A DNA stretch of 64,000 nucleotides from Octopus vulgaris (GCA_951406725.2 OX597814.1:47678001-47742000); one strand, 5' to 3'. Shown: positions 15,482 through 28,245, counted from the stretch's first letter. The notes: generated by a model from the letters alone, not told the origin. Program-made: numbers and translations.

Positions 15482-17518
15482 TATGAATAGGCACATATAC
15501 ATACATGTATGTGTGTGTGTGTGTGCGTGTGTGTTATATATATTAAGCTGTCAAAATATTCGTAGAAAATATAGGTACTTGTAGGTTGTAACGAAAGCAA
15601 ATAGTAAATTGACTTACAATTAAATACAGTTTAAGGGCAAGTTACTCTAAATAAACAATGATTTTAGAGTATAAACTTTTGAAGACAAGCTGCAAGTCTT
15701 CAGTTTATTAAATGAGAAATTATGCTATTTAAAACAGAACTGCATAAAAAATCTCTCGGAACACTTAGTGACTGATATCTAGGTCTGTTGTGTTTTGTTG
15801 TAGTTTCTCATAGTGAAGAATGACTCACTGATAATATCTTGAAGTTTCTAGAATAGGATTTGTGTGGAAGAAGAGAGTTTTTAAGCATATGTTGTGTATA
15901 AAGGATTTTTTAAAAAAAGGAATACTGCATCAGCTTCACGTAACGAATTGACTACCAAATATATACAAACCAATCACAAAAATCTTCGCACAGATATTTT
16001 GGAAACTATACAAATGGAAATGTGATAGAAATCTAATTCTTGAGGATTCTAAAAGACGTTAAGAAGATTTTTGTTGCTTCAGAAATAGCGTTTTATGACA
16101 AAAGTTTGTGATCATGCCTATTTAAAGTTTTCTAGACTGCGTAATCGGGAATAACATTAAGTTCATTGCAATGAATCATACTAAGGTATTATAAAGTTTG
16201 CGTTAAACCAAGAATGGAACTCGGTTTTGATTTTGGATTTGCTTTATTAGATTCATTACAGTATTGTTGTTCAGCGAGTGTGTCATTACAAATAAGAGTT
16301 GCTCGTGCCCCTAACACTGGATATACATACTGCAAGATTTACAGATTTATTATAGTTTTTAGAACAAAAGCAGAATGATAAGAAAAACAACTGTTTTCAT
16401 AGTGCTCAAAATTTAGTGCATTTTCCACAGTGGTCGACTGTGCTCATATTCGTGATTGACTAAAAACCAGTAACATATTGGTTCGATTATACTACTCTGA
16501 TACATAAATTTGTCCACAGCCTTGTTAAAAGAAATTCCTGTAATAATTAAATTTAGTAATTATGACGATGGTGATATTGATGATGTTGGTGTTGATACTG
16601 GTTGCAAAGTCTAGAAGGCTTAGATGTCACAACTGTGGCAACACCGGTCCCTTCAAGACCTACTGCTTTCGCTGATAGCGAAGGCCTCCATTACTGCCAA
16701 CACCACATCAGCAACAACAACAATAACAGCAGTAGTAACATCAGCAACCGCTCGCAACCACAACAGTGGCTGCAGCACCAAATGCAAAAATGGAAACATA
16801 TCCAATAACAACAGTAACAAAAACAACAAAAGAGCCACCCTCTCAATGCCTACTATATCTCTAACAACAGCAACAACACAAAGCGCCAAAACAACAACAA
16901 AAAGAGCACCAACAAATCAAAATTACAAAAAATACCAAAACACATTCCCTGGTCGCAACTACAGCTTGCTGCAGCTGGGGCGGTAGCGATGCCAGTGAAT
17001 TCATTTTTTCCTGCTGGTGATTTTTGGGCAATAGTGGTGGTTTTAATACTACTGCATGCTGCTCTCTTTGACATTTTGCCGCTGCTTCTGCAATTATTGC
17101 TGCTGTTGCTACTGTTGCAAGGTTATTACCATAGCTCTGATGCGAACAACAGTTTCACTTCAGAACTATCTCCCATTCCCCTCCCTTGCGGTCAAAGACG
17201 AAAGCGTGAAAACCGTTTTGAAAATTTTACTTTGAATTGAAAATATTTAAAAAAAATGTCTCCTGTGGTGAAGAGTCGAGTAATTCCTTTCAGTTCTGGT
17301 CGGTTTGACAAAGATAAAATAATAGAATTAACAAATGCAACCCTTTGGGAACGAAAAACAAGCCACAAACTTACGGAGCTTCTAAAATACGTTGAGCTAT
17401 GACAATGAACAACATCGTCATCATCAATAACAACAACATCAAAAACAATAATCTTTTCATTATTTAGCCATTGATCGCTATTACATAAAAATTTCACCCA
17501 TACATACTAAATATGAAA

Positions 17519-18152
17519 CGTGGCAAACAGGGCTTCCAACGATGCGTGTCGTCGAAAAACGAGTTATGTAAAAGAGAAGGAGGGGCGTAAAGAACGCTGA
17601 AAGTCAAGTAAAAAATTTAACCAAAGACATACAAATAATTACAAGGAAAAATCAAGAAGAATATAGAAAATCCCAACAATTGAAACAAAATATTATTAAA
17701 ACTACGTGAACCTAGATTGGGTCAGAGCACTTAACATCGCTGATATCTTCACGCTAGGTATGCAATCCAACTTAGGAAAAGATCATCTGCAATCACGAAA
17801 GGCTCTGAGCTGTTCGAGTATAGTAAAAGCCAACATGTCGCCTGTTATTCAGATGTTACATTTGGAACGCAGTGGAAAATTACTCTGCAAACAGCCTATC
17901 TTTGACATGATCCATTTGGTGTAGAGCCATTTATTTGTTTATCTGGACAGTTTTTCGTCTAAAATGTCCTTGTATTTCGTTTAGAACTGCTCCGACCATC
18001 CTCGGACTTGCAACAGGTAGTGCGAATGACAGCGTCGCAGGGATAGCAGCCTCTGGAACCGGCTGTTATTGTTCGTGTACACCGGTCCTTCTTTTTCTCT
18101 GTATTTCGAGCTTCTAGTTACAGAGAGCACTTACGTTACACATGCTACCACA
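17519..18152. mobile_element. Possible solo LTR-like element
   Basis: Higher-complexity 634-bp block with inverted ends (c)gtggca...taccaca, resembling TG..CA termini. No TSD found. Confidence 0.25.
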
Positions 18153-18274
18153 AGTGTAAATAGCTAGGCTTTCTGCTTTAAGTATCTAATCTCATGGCAT
18201 TTCTTATTGCATCGTCAGTTTGGCATATATGTACATATATACATACGTAGTACACGCTTGCGCGCGCAGACAGT

Positions 18275-18323
<49 letters not shown>

Positions 18324-18425
18324 ATACACATACACACATCGCCTTGATGTGACAAAATTTTTTTATTTTGTCTGCACTTTTCATGAGGTTCTAATTGTTG
18401 ATTTGATCAATATACACTGCAGTAA

Positions 18426-18636
18426 GGCGGCGAGCTGACAGAAACGTTAGCACGCCAGGTGAAATGCTTAGCAGTATTTCGTCTGTATGTTTTGGGTTCA
18501 AATTCCGTCTAGGTCGAATTTGCTTTTCATCTTTTCGGGGTCGATAAATTAAGTACCAGTTGCATACTGGGGTCGATCTAATCGACTGACCCCCCTCCCC
18601 AAATTTCGGGCCTTGTGCCTAGAGTTGAAAAGAATA
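18426..18636 (+). mobile_element. tRNA-derived SINE, family A (Meta-domain-like)
   Basis: ggcggcgagctg...gttagcacgcc...gttcaaattcc head followed by ttttcatcttttcggggtcgataaattaagtaccag. Many copies in the window. Confidence 0.9.
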
Positions 18637-18708
18637 TACATTGCAGCCTGCCACTTTCTAATCGCCTCGAAATTTTGTTTTACGTGAGAGTTCATGCTTT
18701 GCCTCGGC

Positions 18709-18749
<41 letters not shown>

Positions 18750-18817
18750 CACAACAACGCGTGGACGTGAAACAAGTATAGTGTTATTGGACGCTCAGGA
18801 AGGAAAGAAAGAAGGAG

Positions 18818-18853
18818 GATTTAACGTTTCGAGAGGAGCTCTTCGTCAGAAAC
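18818..18853 (-). ncRNA. Minimal hammerhead motif inside a Penelope-like fragment (~18748-18921)
   Basis: Minus strand reads gttt-CTGACGA-A-GAG-ctcct-CTC-GAAA-CG-TT-aaat, the short form lacking a stable helix III that is described for Penelope-like elements. Confidence 0.65.
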
Positions 18854-18948
18854 ATAGAAAAAGGAAAGATCCAAGGCAGGGAAGACGGAGGAAAAAAAGT
18901 TCCAACGATACACACGCGGTCATATATATATGTATATATATATATGTA

Positions 18949-19489
18949 CGAGTTCTGATCAAAAAGTATCGGGACTGTTGCTACGGTAACAGAGCTGAAG
19001 TATTTACAGGAAGTCTCTTGGTACTGATTGATCTTGATCTCTGTCGTGCATGCACACTAAGTTATAAGGTTTTCGATAACTTCGTTGCGTATAGCAGTGC
19101 TTGGAAGTAAAGTCCTTTGAGTGAAACCGTCTCAAAAAAGAAGATCGTGTTTTAGCTGGTCGGGATCTCCCTGATTTAGTCGTAGAGGACACTAACTTTC
19201 AAAAACGGTCATAACAGGTGACGAATCGTGGGTTTATTTCAATGTCCCCGATAACCAAGGCAAAAATCAAATCCCACTTGAAAGGAACAAGAATTCAAGA
19301 CGTCGAGGAAATCGAAGAGAATGTGACGAGGCAGCTGCTCGCTGTCGTCCCCAAAGAGCCCCAGGAATGCTTCGAAGAATAGAAACGAATCTATAATTTC
19401 AGAAGATCACTTCGAAGATTAAATGCCGAATATGTATTGTACTTTTCTTTTTTATAGTATCAGTTCCAATACTTTTTAATCAGACCTCA
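18949..19489 (+). mobile_element. Internally deleted mariner
   Basis: TIRs cgagttctgatcaaaaagtatcgggactg / cagttccaatactttttaatcagacctca, with TA on the left. Remnants read VITGDESWVY and KSHLKGTRIQDVEEI. Confidence 0.85.
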
Positions 19490-19509
19490 CACACACATGA
19501 GCGCGCATA

Positions 19510-19547
19510 CTGTCCGACGAACGGTAACGTGAAACTCTGAGTAACAG
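19510..19547 (+). ncRNA. Type I hammerhead ribozyme motif (CCGACGA core variant)
   Basis: ctgt-CCGACGA-ACG-gtaa-CGT-GAAA-CTCTGAG-TA-acag. Helix I is ctgt/acag, helix II is ACG/CGT, helix III is ACTC/GAGT, and the GUA cleavage site ends at 19543. Confidence 0.7.
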
Positions 19548-20521
19548 CTTGTGAAGACCTTTTTCGGCTTTGATAAAAAGCTTATTCTACCTTCGGTATT
19601 TGAGTACTATGTTTTTCACTTTGTTTTGCATATATGTGCTTACTTATGTGCGTGTATGCGTGTGTACGTGTGCGTGCGTGTGTATTTGCGCACAAACATA
19701 CTCGCACACATGCATGTGGACACATATACATAGACACATATAGAAACAATGAAAAATATAACGTCCATTATTCTGACATATCGGCAAATATTTACCGATC
19801 CGGTCCCACCGTTTGTGACTATTTTCACTGGTATTTTTGCCGCCTGAATCAGCTTAGTTTCGCATAATGTAATATTGAAGGAGAACTGTTAACAATACAG
19901 GTCCCTACGCGAAATTTCACTGGGACTAGTGTGGTTAGAAATAAAGCAAACAAAAATATATATGGGGTTGTACACCGATGTGAGTATTTATTTACATTAG
20001 TGCTCTCGCGATCCAAAGTAATTTTGACGTTCAGGTACAAAGATATCAGCAGGTATGAGTATTTGTGGTCACACCTACATATGTGAAACATATTCAAAAG
20101 CTTATACATTGAGGAATATACCTGTATATATATATATACATACACACACATAGAAGTAGACAGTCAGACAAACATCAGGCGTTTATATTTATATGAAAAG
20201 TTGCGTATACAAATTACTAATGTAACCAAATCTCACCATAACCAACCATAGCCGTTACTTGTGCGTGAGTGTGACCTGGTAGCATATATCATATTTATGC
20301 AAATTCTATCTAACTGCGAGCATATATATATATATATACAGTCACCCTTCACAGCAGAAGAAATTCGCAGATTTATGCACAGAATACTCCTGTTTGCCTC
20401 ACTGATGCGCTTTCAGGTCCAGTAATTCTCAACAAGCTGGTCTATGATATTTGTTATTTCGGTGATACGGTTGTTAGGAATTCAGTAGAAAGAAATCTTC
20501 TTGATATTAACGGCTCTCTAA

Positions 20522-20908
20522 AGGCAGCCAATTGACTTAATCGTTAGCACGCCGGACGAAATACTTAGCTTTCGGGATCGATAAAATAAGTACCAGTTTA
20601 ATTCTGGGGTAGATGTAATTGATTAACCCCCTCCCACCAAATTTCGGGTCTTGTGCCTATAGAAGAAAGGATATTAATAGCTTTCTCAAGGTGGCTAGTT
20701 GGTAGAATCGTTAGCACGCCGGACGAAATGTTTAACGGCATTTCATCCGTCTTTATGTTCCGAGTTCAAATTCTGCCAAGGTCGACTTTGCCTTTCATAC
20801 TTACAGCATCAATAAAAGAAGCACCAGTTAAGTATTGGGGTCGATGTAATCGACTAGCCTCCCCGCTCTAAATTTCAGGCCTTGTGCCTATTGTTGGAAG
20901 GATATTAA
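20522..20908 (+). mobile_element. Two tandem SINE family A copies, the first internally deleted
   Basis: Both contain cgttagcacgccggacgaaat and end cttgtgcctat...aaggatattaat. Confidence 0.85.
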
Positions 20909-20989
20909 TGACTCTCTAGAAAGGTCGTCAGGTTCATTTTGGGTACTAACTACAGTAGCTTTTCAACAGAAAAAAAAATCATATCATGA

Positions 20990-21895
20990 GATATTATTAC
21001 CTCCTCCAAATCTTCTTTATTGACGTTTTATAATCTCTGTTCACTGACCTAGTCAACGATATCATTGATGACTGCTGGCACGATCTCTTAGTCAAATTCC
21101 AGTAAATCATTACATCCTTCTGACCAAATACATTAGAAACTCTGTTCATGGGCTTCCCGCTTCCTTCATGACTTCTATGACTTTCATGATTCGGTAGTTT
21201 TTCCAAACATCTCTGATTGTTTATCTTAGCCATCTGTTTCTTCAACAAGTTGCCTGAAAATATAACTAAGGTAGTAGTCCTTGACATTAGAAATTACACC
21301 CTGATTCATGGGTGTAGTAAGGATGGGGTGTTGGTGTTAAGTAAACTATTTTGACAGGAATGTAGGTCAGAAAGATACTAGAGGTGATCTGGGGCACTAT
21401 CAATCACCAGCATTACCTTAGATTTAAGATAATGTTCTTTGCCATATCTTTTCGCTGCTGGCGAAAAGCATGAAACAAACCTTCATTTGAAACTTTCGCT
21501 GGTCATTCCAGTCTCCTTGCTTGATTTTTAAATCACAGCCATACATATTTGATATTCTCCTCATTAATTGTGACTCTTTTGAATGATGAATGAGCATTGA
21601 TCTACGCTAGAATTCTCCTGAAGTATTACCGCCAAGTAGTAGTGTTCAAAAAGGTCATTTCCGGTCTTGAGCCCAGAGCATTTTCTTTCCTTCTTAGGCG
21701 ATGAGAGTGCAGAATGGCATTCATTTCTAAAACTAAAGGCAGTTTTCGTTTACCCTGAATACTAGTTGGGGAAGGAAGTTGATGAGTTTGCTAATAATAT
21801 GGGAAAATTATTTGACTGCCTGGGTGTCTGAATTTGTAGCTTCACTACTTATTAGGATATTATATTTGAATCTATAAAATATCCACTGCTAGCAA
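20990..21895 (-). mobile_element. Decayed Tigger/pogo-type DDE transposase
   Basis: Minus-strand remnants read ASSGYF, ISSEATNSD, TLLLGGNTSG, KVMLVIDSAPDH and LLHPMNQGVISNVKDYYL. These correspond to the Tigger motifs ASxGWF, LDNAPGH and QPMDQGVI. Confidence 0.8.
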
Positions 21896-22637
21896 TCTGA
21901 AGATGTTTCTTGCTCCTTTCATTACGTGTGTGTGTGTGTGTATGTGTGTGTGTGTGTATTCATTTGCATGTTTGCATCTATGTGTAAATAATACTGGACC
22001 TAAGTAACAATATGATTTAGAAAACGTTGGAAAACGACTAATTGGTACTTATGATATCTCGGATTTTATGCATATACGAATATACAGATAATCAGAAATG
22101 TTTATTCATTTATAAATCTGCTGAAAAAAAAATAAATTGGGGGCATTGGGTGGGTAGGAATAAAAATTTACAAAACACTTAGAAGAAATAAGGAAAAAAT
22201 GTGATTGTATTAATAGCTTAGTAAAAATTCCATAAATCAAAGAAATAAAAATCTTCCATAAATTAAAAAAAAATTATCAAAATCTTTCAGTCAATTGATA
22301 TATGATGCTAAAATGAACCACAGACGTTTCACTTATTCCGCGGTAGTTTGAAACAGCTACCAAGTTATAAATAAATGAATAACATTTTTCTTTTTCGTTT
22401 TTTAAAAACAGAATTCTGTAAATAGATATACTAAACTGTTAGAGTTTAAAGAAAAAACACATTAAGATTGAGATATAGATATTATGAATTGAGATGAGCT
22501 AAAATTATGAATAAACTGATTTGTTTTCTCTTTGATTACTGGCTGATGGATATGGCTCCAGATTACTGGCAAGTAGGCCAAAAGTCTCGCGAACCTTCTG
22601 GCAGATGTATGTATATATATATGTATATATATGTATA

Positions 22638-22695
<58 letters not shown>

Positions 22696-23028
22696 TGTGT
22701 ATGTGTGTGTGTGTATGTATGTGTGTATGTAAGTATGTATGTGTGTGCATGTATGCCTATATTATTAATATTTACAGCTTTACGATTATTTAAAGCTTTA
22801 CTATTTTGAGTTACACATTTCTTACACACACACACACACACACACACGCGCAAGACATACACACTCACACACCCATACATACAGACGCACGCTCACTCAC
22901 ACAAACTACATATATATAAACTATATACAATATACATATACACCATACACATACATTTATACGTGTGTGTGTTTGTGTGTGAAGGGAGTGTACATTTATG
23001 TAATTATATGCGTAAGTATATATATATT

Positions 23029-23064
<36 letters not shown>

Positions 23065-23084
23065 CACATAAGTTTATATGTCTA

Positions 23085-23129
<45 letters not shown>

Positions 23130-23213
23130 ATGTATGTATGTATGTATGTATGTATGTATGTATGTATGTATGTATGTATGTATGTATGTATGTATGTATG
23201 TATGTATGTATGT

Positions 23214-23476
23214 GTCTTTTGTTTTTAATCATTTAAATTCTTCCTCTGAAGAAAGAGCTGATTTCTGACAAAGATATAAAATTTCACCTTTGGAATACAG
23301 ACAACGAAAACAATGTCATATTTTAAACCTGAAAAAATTCTTGCATAGTTTTACTGTTCCGCTTACAAATGGTACTTATAATGTGTGAATCAGTTGGTTA
23401 ATTAATTTTTCTGAAAATCCAAGCTTATCCAGACTGACAATTAGGTATTTACTTACAAAGCCTAGTGCTCCAATAG
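23214..23476 (-). mobile_element. 3' end of a restriction-like-endonuclease non-LTR retrotransposon in a (TACA)n tract
   Basis: IGALGFVSKYLIVSLDKLGFSEKLINQLIHTL...SGTVKLCKNFFRFKI*, then a UTR running into (CATA)n. Confidence 0.7.
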
Positions 23477-23584
23477 TGTATGTATGTATGTATATATGTC
23501 TGTCAGTCTGTCTGCACGTATGTATGTATGTAAGGTATGTATGTAAGGTATGTATGTATGTATTTGTGAATGTGTGTGCGTATA

Positions 23585-24016
23585 TCATTATTCAGTTTTA
23601 TTTCAAGATTTCTTGCCAATAGAGAAAGAGCCGGTTTTTAACCGAGATGCAAGGCTCCTTCATTAGAATTTTAACATTAACAACAGGGTACTTTTGTATG
23701 TATTTATGTATGTATGTATGTATGTATGTATGTATGTATGTATGTATGTATGTATGTATGTATGTATGTATTTATGTATATGTACAGATTTGTATGTTTT
23801 GTTTTATGTGTGTATTCTCATGCATATAGTTGCAATTTTAAACATGCTCATATAAATTTAAATGATAAACTTCTGGAAAGTTTTACAGATTTTTACAGTT
23901 TCAGTGATGGGTTGGATCTGTAGTCTTCGAATTAGCTCTCTCCATTCTGGTTTTGAGAAGCCTAATTTCTCAAGATTGGCATTTAGGCAGTGTGTTACAT
24001 TTCCCAGGACCCCAGT
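23585..24016 (-). mobile_element. Second related REL-type LINE 3' end
   Basis: GVLGNVTHCLNANLEKLGFSKPEWRELIRRLQIQPITETVKICKTFQKFII*. The UTR end (aaaccggctctttc...aagaa) resembles that of the 23214 copy. Confidence 0.7.
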
Positions 24017-24122
24017 AAGGCAAAGTCGGATCCGGCGGAATTTGAACTTAGAACGTAAAGTTAGGCGAAAAGCCGCTAAGCATTTCACCCGATGTGCAAA
24101 CGATTCTGTAAGTTCACCACTT
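24017..24122 (-). mobile_element. SINE family A 5' head fused to the LINE tail
   Basis: Reverse complement gives cagaatcgtttgcac...gaaatgcttagcgg...gttcaaattccgcc...gactttgcctt. Confidence 0.8.
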
Positions 24123-24972
24123 TAATTATAAGAGTAATATTAATTATAATAATGAATACAAATATTTCTTTTCCTAATATTAAAAAACACCAACAACAAT
24201 AACAAACCTTTTACCCTTTTTCAAGCTATATAGCCACTTTGAAAAAACGTTTCATTGAAACATGATGATGTTCTTGGTCAAAACAACTAACTTTCCTGAT
24301 TTACAACTTTTATTGCATTATTTATGGTTTTTCTCAATTTATCATACAACAATCAAATTTGGATAATGTTGATGACAATATATGAAAACTATCAGCTTAC
24401 GAATTCAAGTATAGCTATGTTGTGTTTACTTATTGATACTTTTATGGCGTCTATTACCTAATTTCTTTGATTATATTTACATTTATATATTTTTACTACC
24501 ACGTTTTTCCCTGATTTATTTTTCATTTCCTCAACTCATCTATTTCACTACCACTCCACTCCCTCTCCTCGTATCATTGCCCCACTATAATGACCTTTGA
24601 CAGGACTTCTAATATCAATAATTTCTGTTTCAAGAAATAATCTTCTATCTATTTACAAATCAACTACTTTTAGAAACACCTTTAATACCTTTTTCCCCGT
24701 CTCTCTGTTTACCCACCTATTTATTTTACAATACATTGAGCAACCATTTTTAATACCTAGCTCCTACATCATTAAACATAAATCCTGACTCTAGCCATTT
24801 TATTTGCTCTTTGATGAAATCGAAAAAAAAACAGTACCAATCTTGTAAATGCCATTATCTAAATTAGAAAAAGAAATCCATCCTATTCTATTGTATCGTG
24901 TACTTTAATTATGCTTCTCCTAGTTATATATACACACACACAAACACTCACACACATATGTGTGTGTGCGTG

Positions 24973-25064
<92 letters not shown>

Positions 25065-26319
25065 TATATATACAGAGAGAGAGAGGGGGAGAGGGGGGGG
25101 AGAGAGAAACAGACATATACATCAGATATACAAGTCTGACCGTTTCGGCTTTAAAATTTTTAAAAAATGTTCGATTTAGTGGAACTTCGGTCTACTGGGA
25201 TATCTCCATTGCTCCACAACTTACCTTATGGCCAATGTGTAATGAGAGAATAGTTTTTAAGTACAAAAATTTTGTGTCTTGTAAATATTAGTTTTGAACA
25301 CAATATGACAAAGTCCAGTGGTCTAAATAAGGAGGTAATATATATTTGAATTATATATTGTATTTCTTTTCACAGTCAGGCAGTTTAGGACTGAACGGTA
25401 AATATATATTTAATAGTAAATATATATTCATAATAAATGATGGGTGAAACAAGGTTAAATCATTAACAAATTTACACTTTAACGTATGCTGAAGATTCAT
25501 AAAAGGGATAAAACAGTGCTTTATATTTTAAGAAATAATAAGAAATTGTAAGAATGCTATAAATAATAAAAAACGATTGAAATATATTTTTATGTATTTA
25601 TATGCAAACTCTTCGTATCATTTCACATTCTATGATTTTAAATTCAAATATCTAATTCCATTGCGAGGAGGTAGTTAACTCCCTTTGTATTAACAACCAT
25701 CCGGAAGGTGCTACGCGTGTATAAATTTTATGTTCTTTTTGAATACTGTATGTTGCAGATACACGGTACGAACATAGAACGAAATTATTTGCTGTTCTAC
25801 TTTGTATGCCAGCAAGATAAATAAATAAATAAATAAATAAATAAAATATAAGAAATAAAATCTGAAATTCACTTGTTCGGGGGACAGATCATAAAACCAA
25901 AATCTGAAATCTTAAAAAAATTATCCAAACGAATTAGAAGTAAAGAGTAACTATCTTCAGTGTCATTACACACAAAGAAAATATTTTGCAATTGAATCTC
26001 AAACTCAGTCTATCAAAAACAAGATGAATTAAAAAGCAATTTCCTATACACTGAAGATATAAGTGGAAGCTACGAAAACTAGAGTTAGAAAATTTTTAAC
26101 GCTAAATACAACACACTAAGATGTTAGCAAAGAGGAGGACAGTTTGATTGTCAATCATTTCTCGTATTTTATCTACTTCCACGTTTACTTGAAGGATTAA
26201 GACAGCAGTTTCTATACTCATTTTAAGAAACGAGGGAAATAGCATTTTAACATTACCTTTAACACCAACTGGCTTGATTCAAGCATGCATTTAACTAATA
26301 AAAGTAAATAATCTTTCAA

Positions 26320-26690
26320 TCTTCTCCGCTCAATATTCTTTGGAGGGTCGTGGGATTAGAGTCCTCTAGCACCTTTCAGACGGGCCTATCTAAAGCACCA
26401 TAATTAAACTTTCCGGCTGGATTCCCAAGCGTGACCAATTGCGACTATAGATATTTTCCAACTATTTTGTTCTTAGTCTACTCCTGGGTTGACCGCCGGA
26501 TGGTTCGGTATGAAAAATCCATCGTGCGATACTTTCTTTCGATATTCATATTACACGTTCGTTGTACGCTTGTTTTGTAGACCTCAAAAACTCATATGAT
26601 TGATGTACCATAGGGAATGATGCTAATGGTTTTGCGGGCGTTTGAGGTTAATGGGTATCTTCTTGTTGTCGTGAAGTCCCAGCACCAGAT
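26320..26690 (-). mobile_element. RTE-clade LINE 3' remnant (Expander/Rex3-like C-terminus)
   Basis: Minus strand reads PSGGQPRSRLRTK*LENIYSRNWSRLGIQPESL...LIPRPS, matching the GRPRxRW...WxRLGIPPEEL...LLPPRP ending of RTE ORFs. Confidence 0.7.
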
Positions 26691-26866
26691 GTTTGTGTTC
26701 ATTAAATATTTGTGTACATTAAATGAACAAATAGAAACAATACAACAGAGTTACAAGTGATTTTATTTTCGAATAAATACCACAAATCTCTAAGAACAAC
26801 AAAAGTACGCATGAATCAAACAGCATATAGTTATGGTTAAAAAGAAATTTTGTCTATGTGAATATA

Positions 26867-27271
26867 GGCGTAGGAGTGGCTGTATGGTAAGTAGCTTGCT
26901 TACGAACCACATGGTTCCGGGTTCAGTCCCACTTCGTATCACCTTGGGCAAGCGTCTTCTACTATAGTCTCGGAGGCGATCAAAGCCTTGTGAGCGGATT
27001 TGGTAGACGGAAACTGAAAGAAGTCCATCGTATATATAAATATATGCATGTGAGTGTATATATGTTTGTGTGTCTGTGTTTGTCTCCCCAACATCGCTTG
27101 ACAACCGATGCTGGTGTGTTTATGTCCCCGTAACTTAGCGGTTCGATAAAAGAACCGATAGAATAAGTACTAGGATTACAAAGAATAAATCCTGGGGTCG
27201 ATTTGCTCGACAAAAGGCGGTGCTCCAGCACAAAAGGCGGTGCCACAGTCAAATGACTGAAACGAGTAAAG
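26867..27271 (+). mobile_element. tRNA-derived SINE family B (CORE-like), full length
   Basis: A-box tggctgtatgg, B-box ggttcagtccc, CORE-like accttgggcaagcgtctt, and tail aatgactgaaac. Confidence 0.9.
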
Positions 27272-28130
27272 GTCTATACATCTTTTTACTAACAAAAACT
27301 TAACATCATTACACTACCCTATACTGAAAATGGGTTCACATATGGCTGAGAACTCGATATTTCTCCCTCCATTTGTTCTAATAGCATAATATATATATGG
27401 TTATCGTTTTGAGAGGCTGGATGGCTGCATAGGATTATACCTCTTTTATTATTTATTTATTTTATGTGTTTGACGTTGTTTGTGGATATGTATGTGTATG
27501 AGTGTATGTGTGTGTATATACATATAATTATGTATGTATGTGCGATTGATCTGTGGATGTGCGTGTGCGTATGTGCGTTTCTTGACTAACTAACCGTAAA
27601 ATTTCTTTTGTGATTCAAATTTTAAACTATAAGCCAATCGAATTAATCTAGAATAATCAATATCAAGCGGACAGAATAACCAGACTCATAGATATGTCGA
27701 TGTCCGATGGATGTACTTGGTACAGACATAATTGTATCTATTATTATTATTATTATTAATATTAATATTAATAATAATTTTTATTGACTTTTACAGGTTT
27801 ATAATTTTATGAACTGAACTGTGTTTTTTTATTATTTTTCATGTATAGGTCTGATTTTTAATTCAAATGTGAGTGTGCATATATTTTCCTGTGTGTTAGT
27901 TTTTAGAACTATTAGCCCAATATGTAGAATAACTGTGTTTATTAATATATATTGATATATATTTTGTTTTATTTTGTTTTGCTTATTTTGTATTATTGTA
28001 TTAATGAGTATATATATATATATATATATGTGTAGTATTATGGGTGTCTATGCACACGTTTTTATATTTTATATTTTTATATTTATATGTATATAAAAAA
28101 TTTTTTTTTCACACTTATAATAAATTAAAT

Positions 28131-28245
28131 TGTCTGAAGAGGCCGTGGGGCATCCTTGTTAATGTCTCATTTATACCTGCCTTATATGGCTTATAGGTTA
28201 AATGAGGCATGCTTGCCCTTACTGCCGAAACAGCTGTCAGATATG
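28131..28245 (+). ncRNA. Type I hammerhead ribozyme motif with very long helix II
   Basis: CTGAAGA(28134-40)-GGC...GCC-GAAA(28227-30)-CAGCTG-TC(28238). The intervening 86 nt fold back (gtggggca/tgcccttac, atgtctcattta/taaatgaggcat, acct/aggt, gcc/ggc). Helix I is weak. Confidence 0.7.

Noticed and set aside
16560-17130. Q/N/T-rich ORFs
   Set aside because: These come from degenerate (CAA)/(CAG)/(CTG) low-complexity sequence that is open in multiple frames.
20036-20053. Possible 18-nt plus-strand microexon (ttcag|...CAG|gtatga)
   Set aside because: It has splice-like ends only, with no partner exons identified on that strand.
24600-24910. Possible Penelope GIY-YIG C-terminus (EQ..LAPTSLN) followed by ttgatgaaatcgaaa
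   Set aside because: Too decayed to support as a feature.
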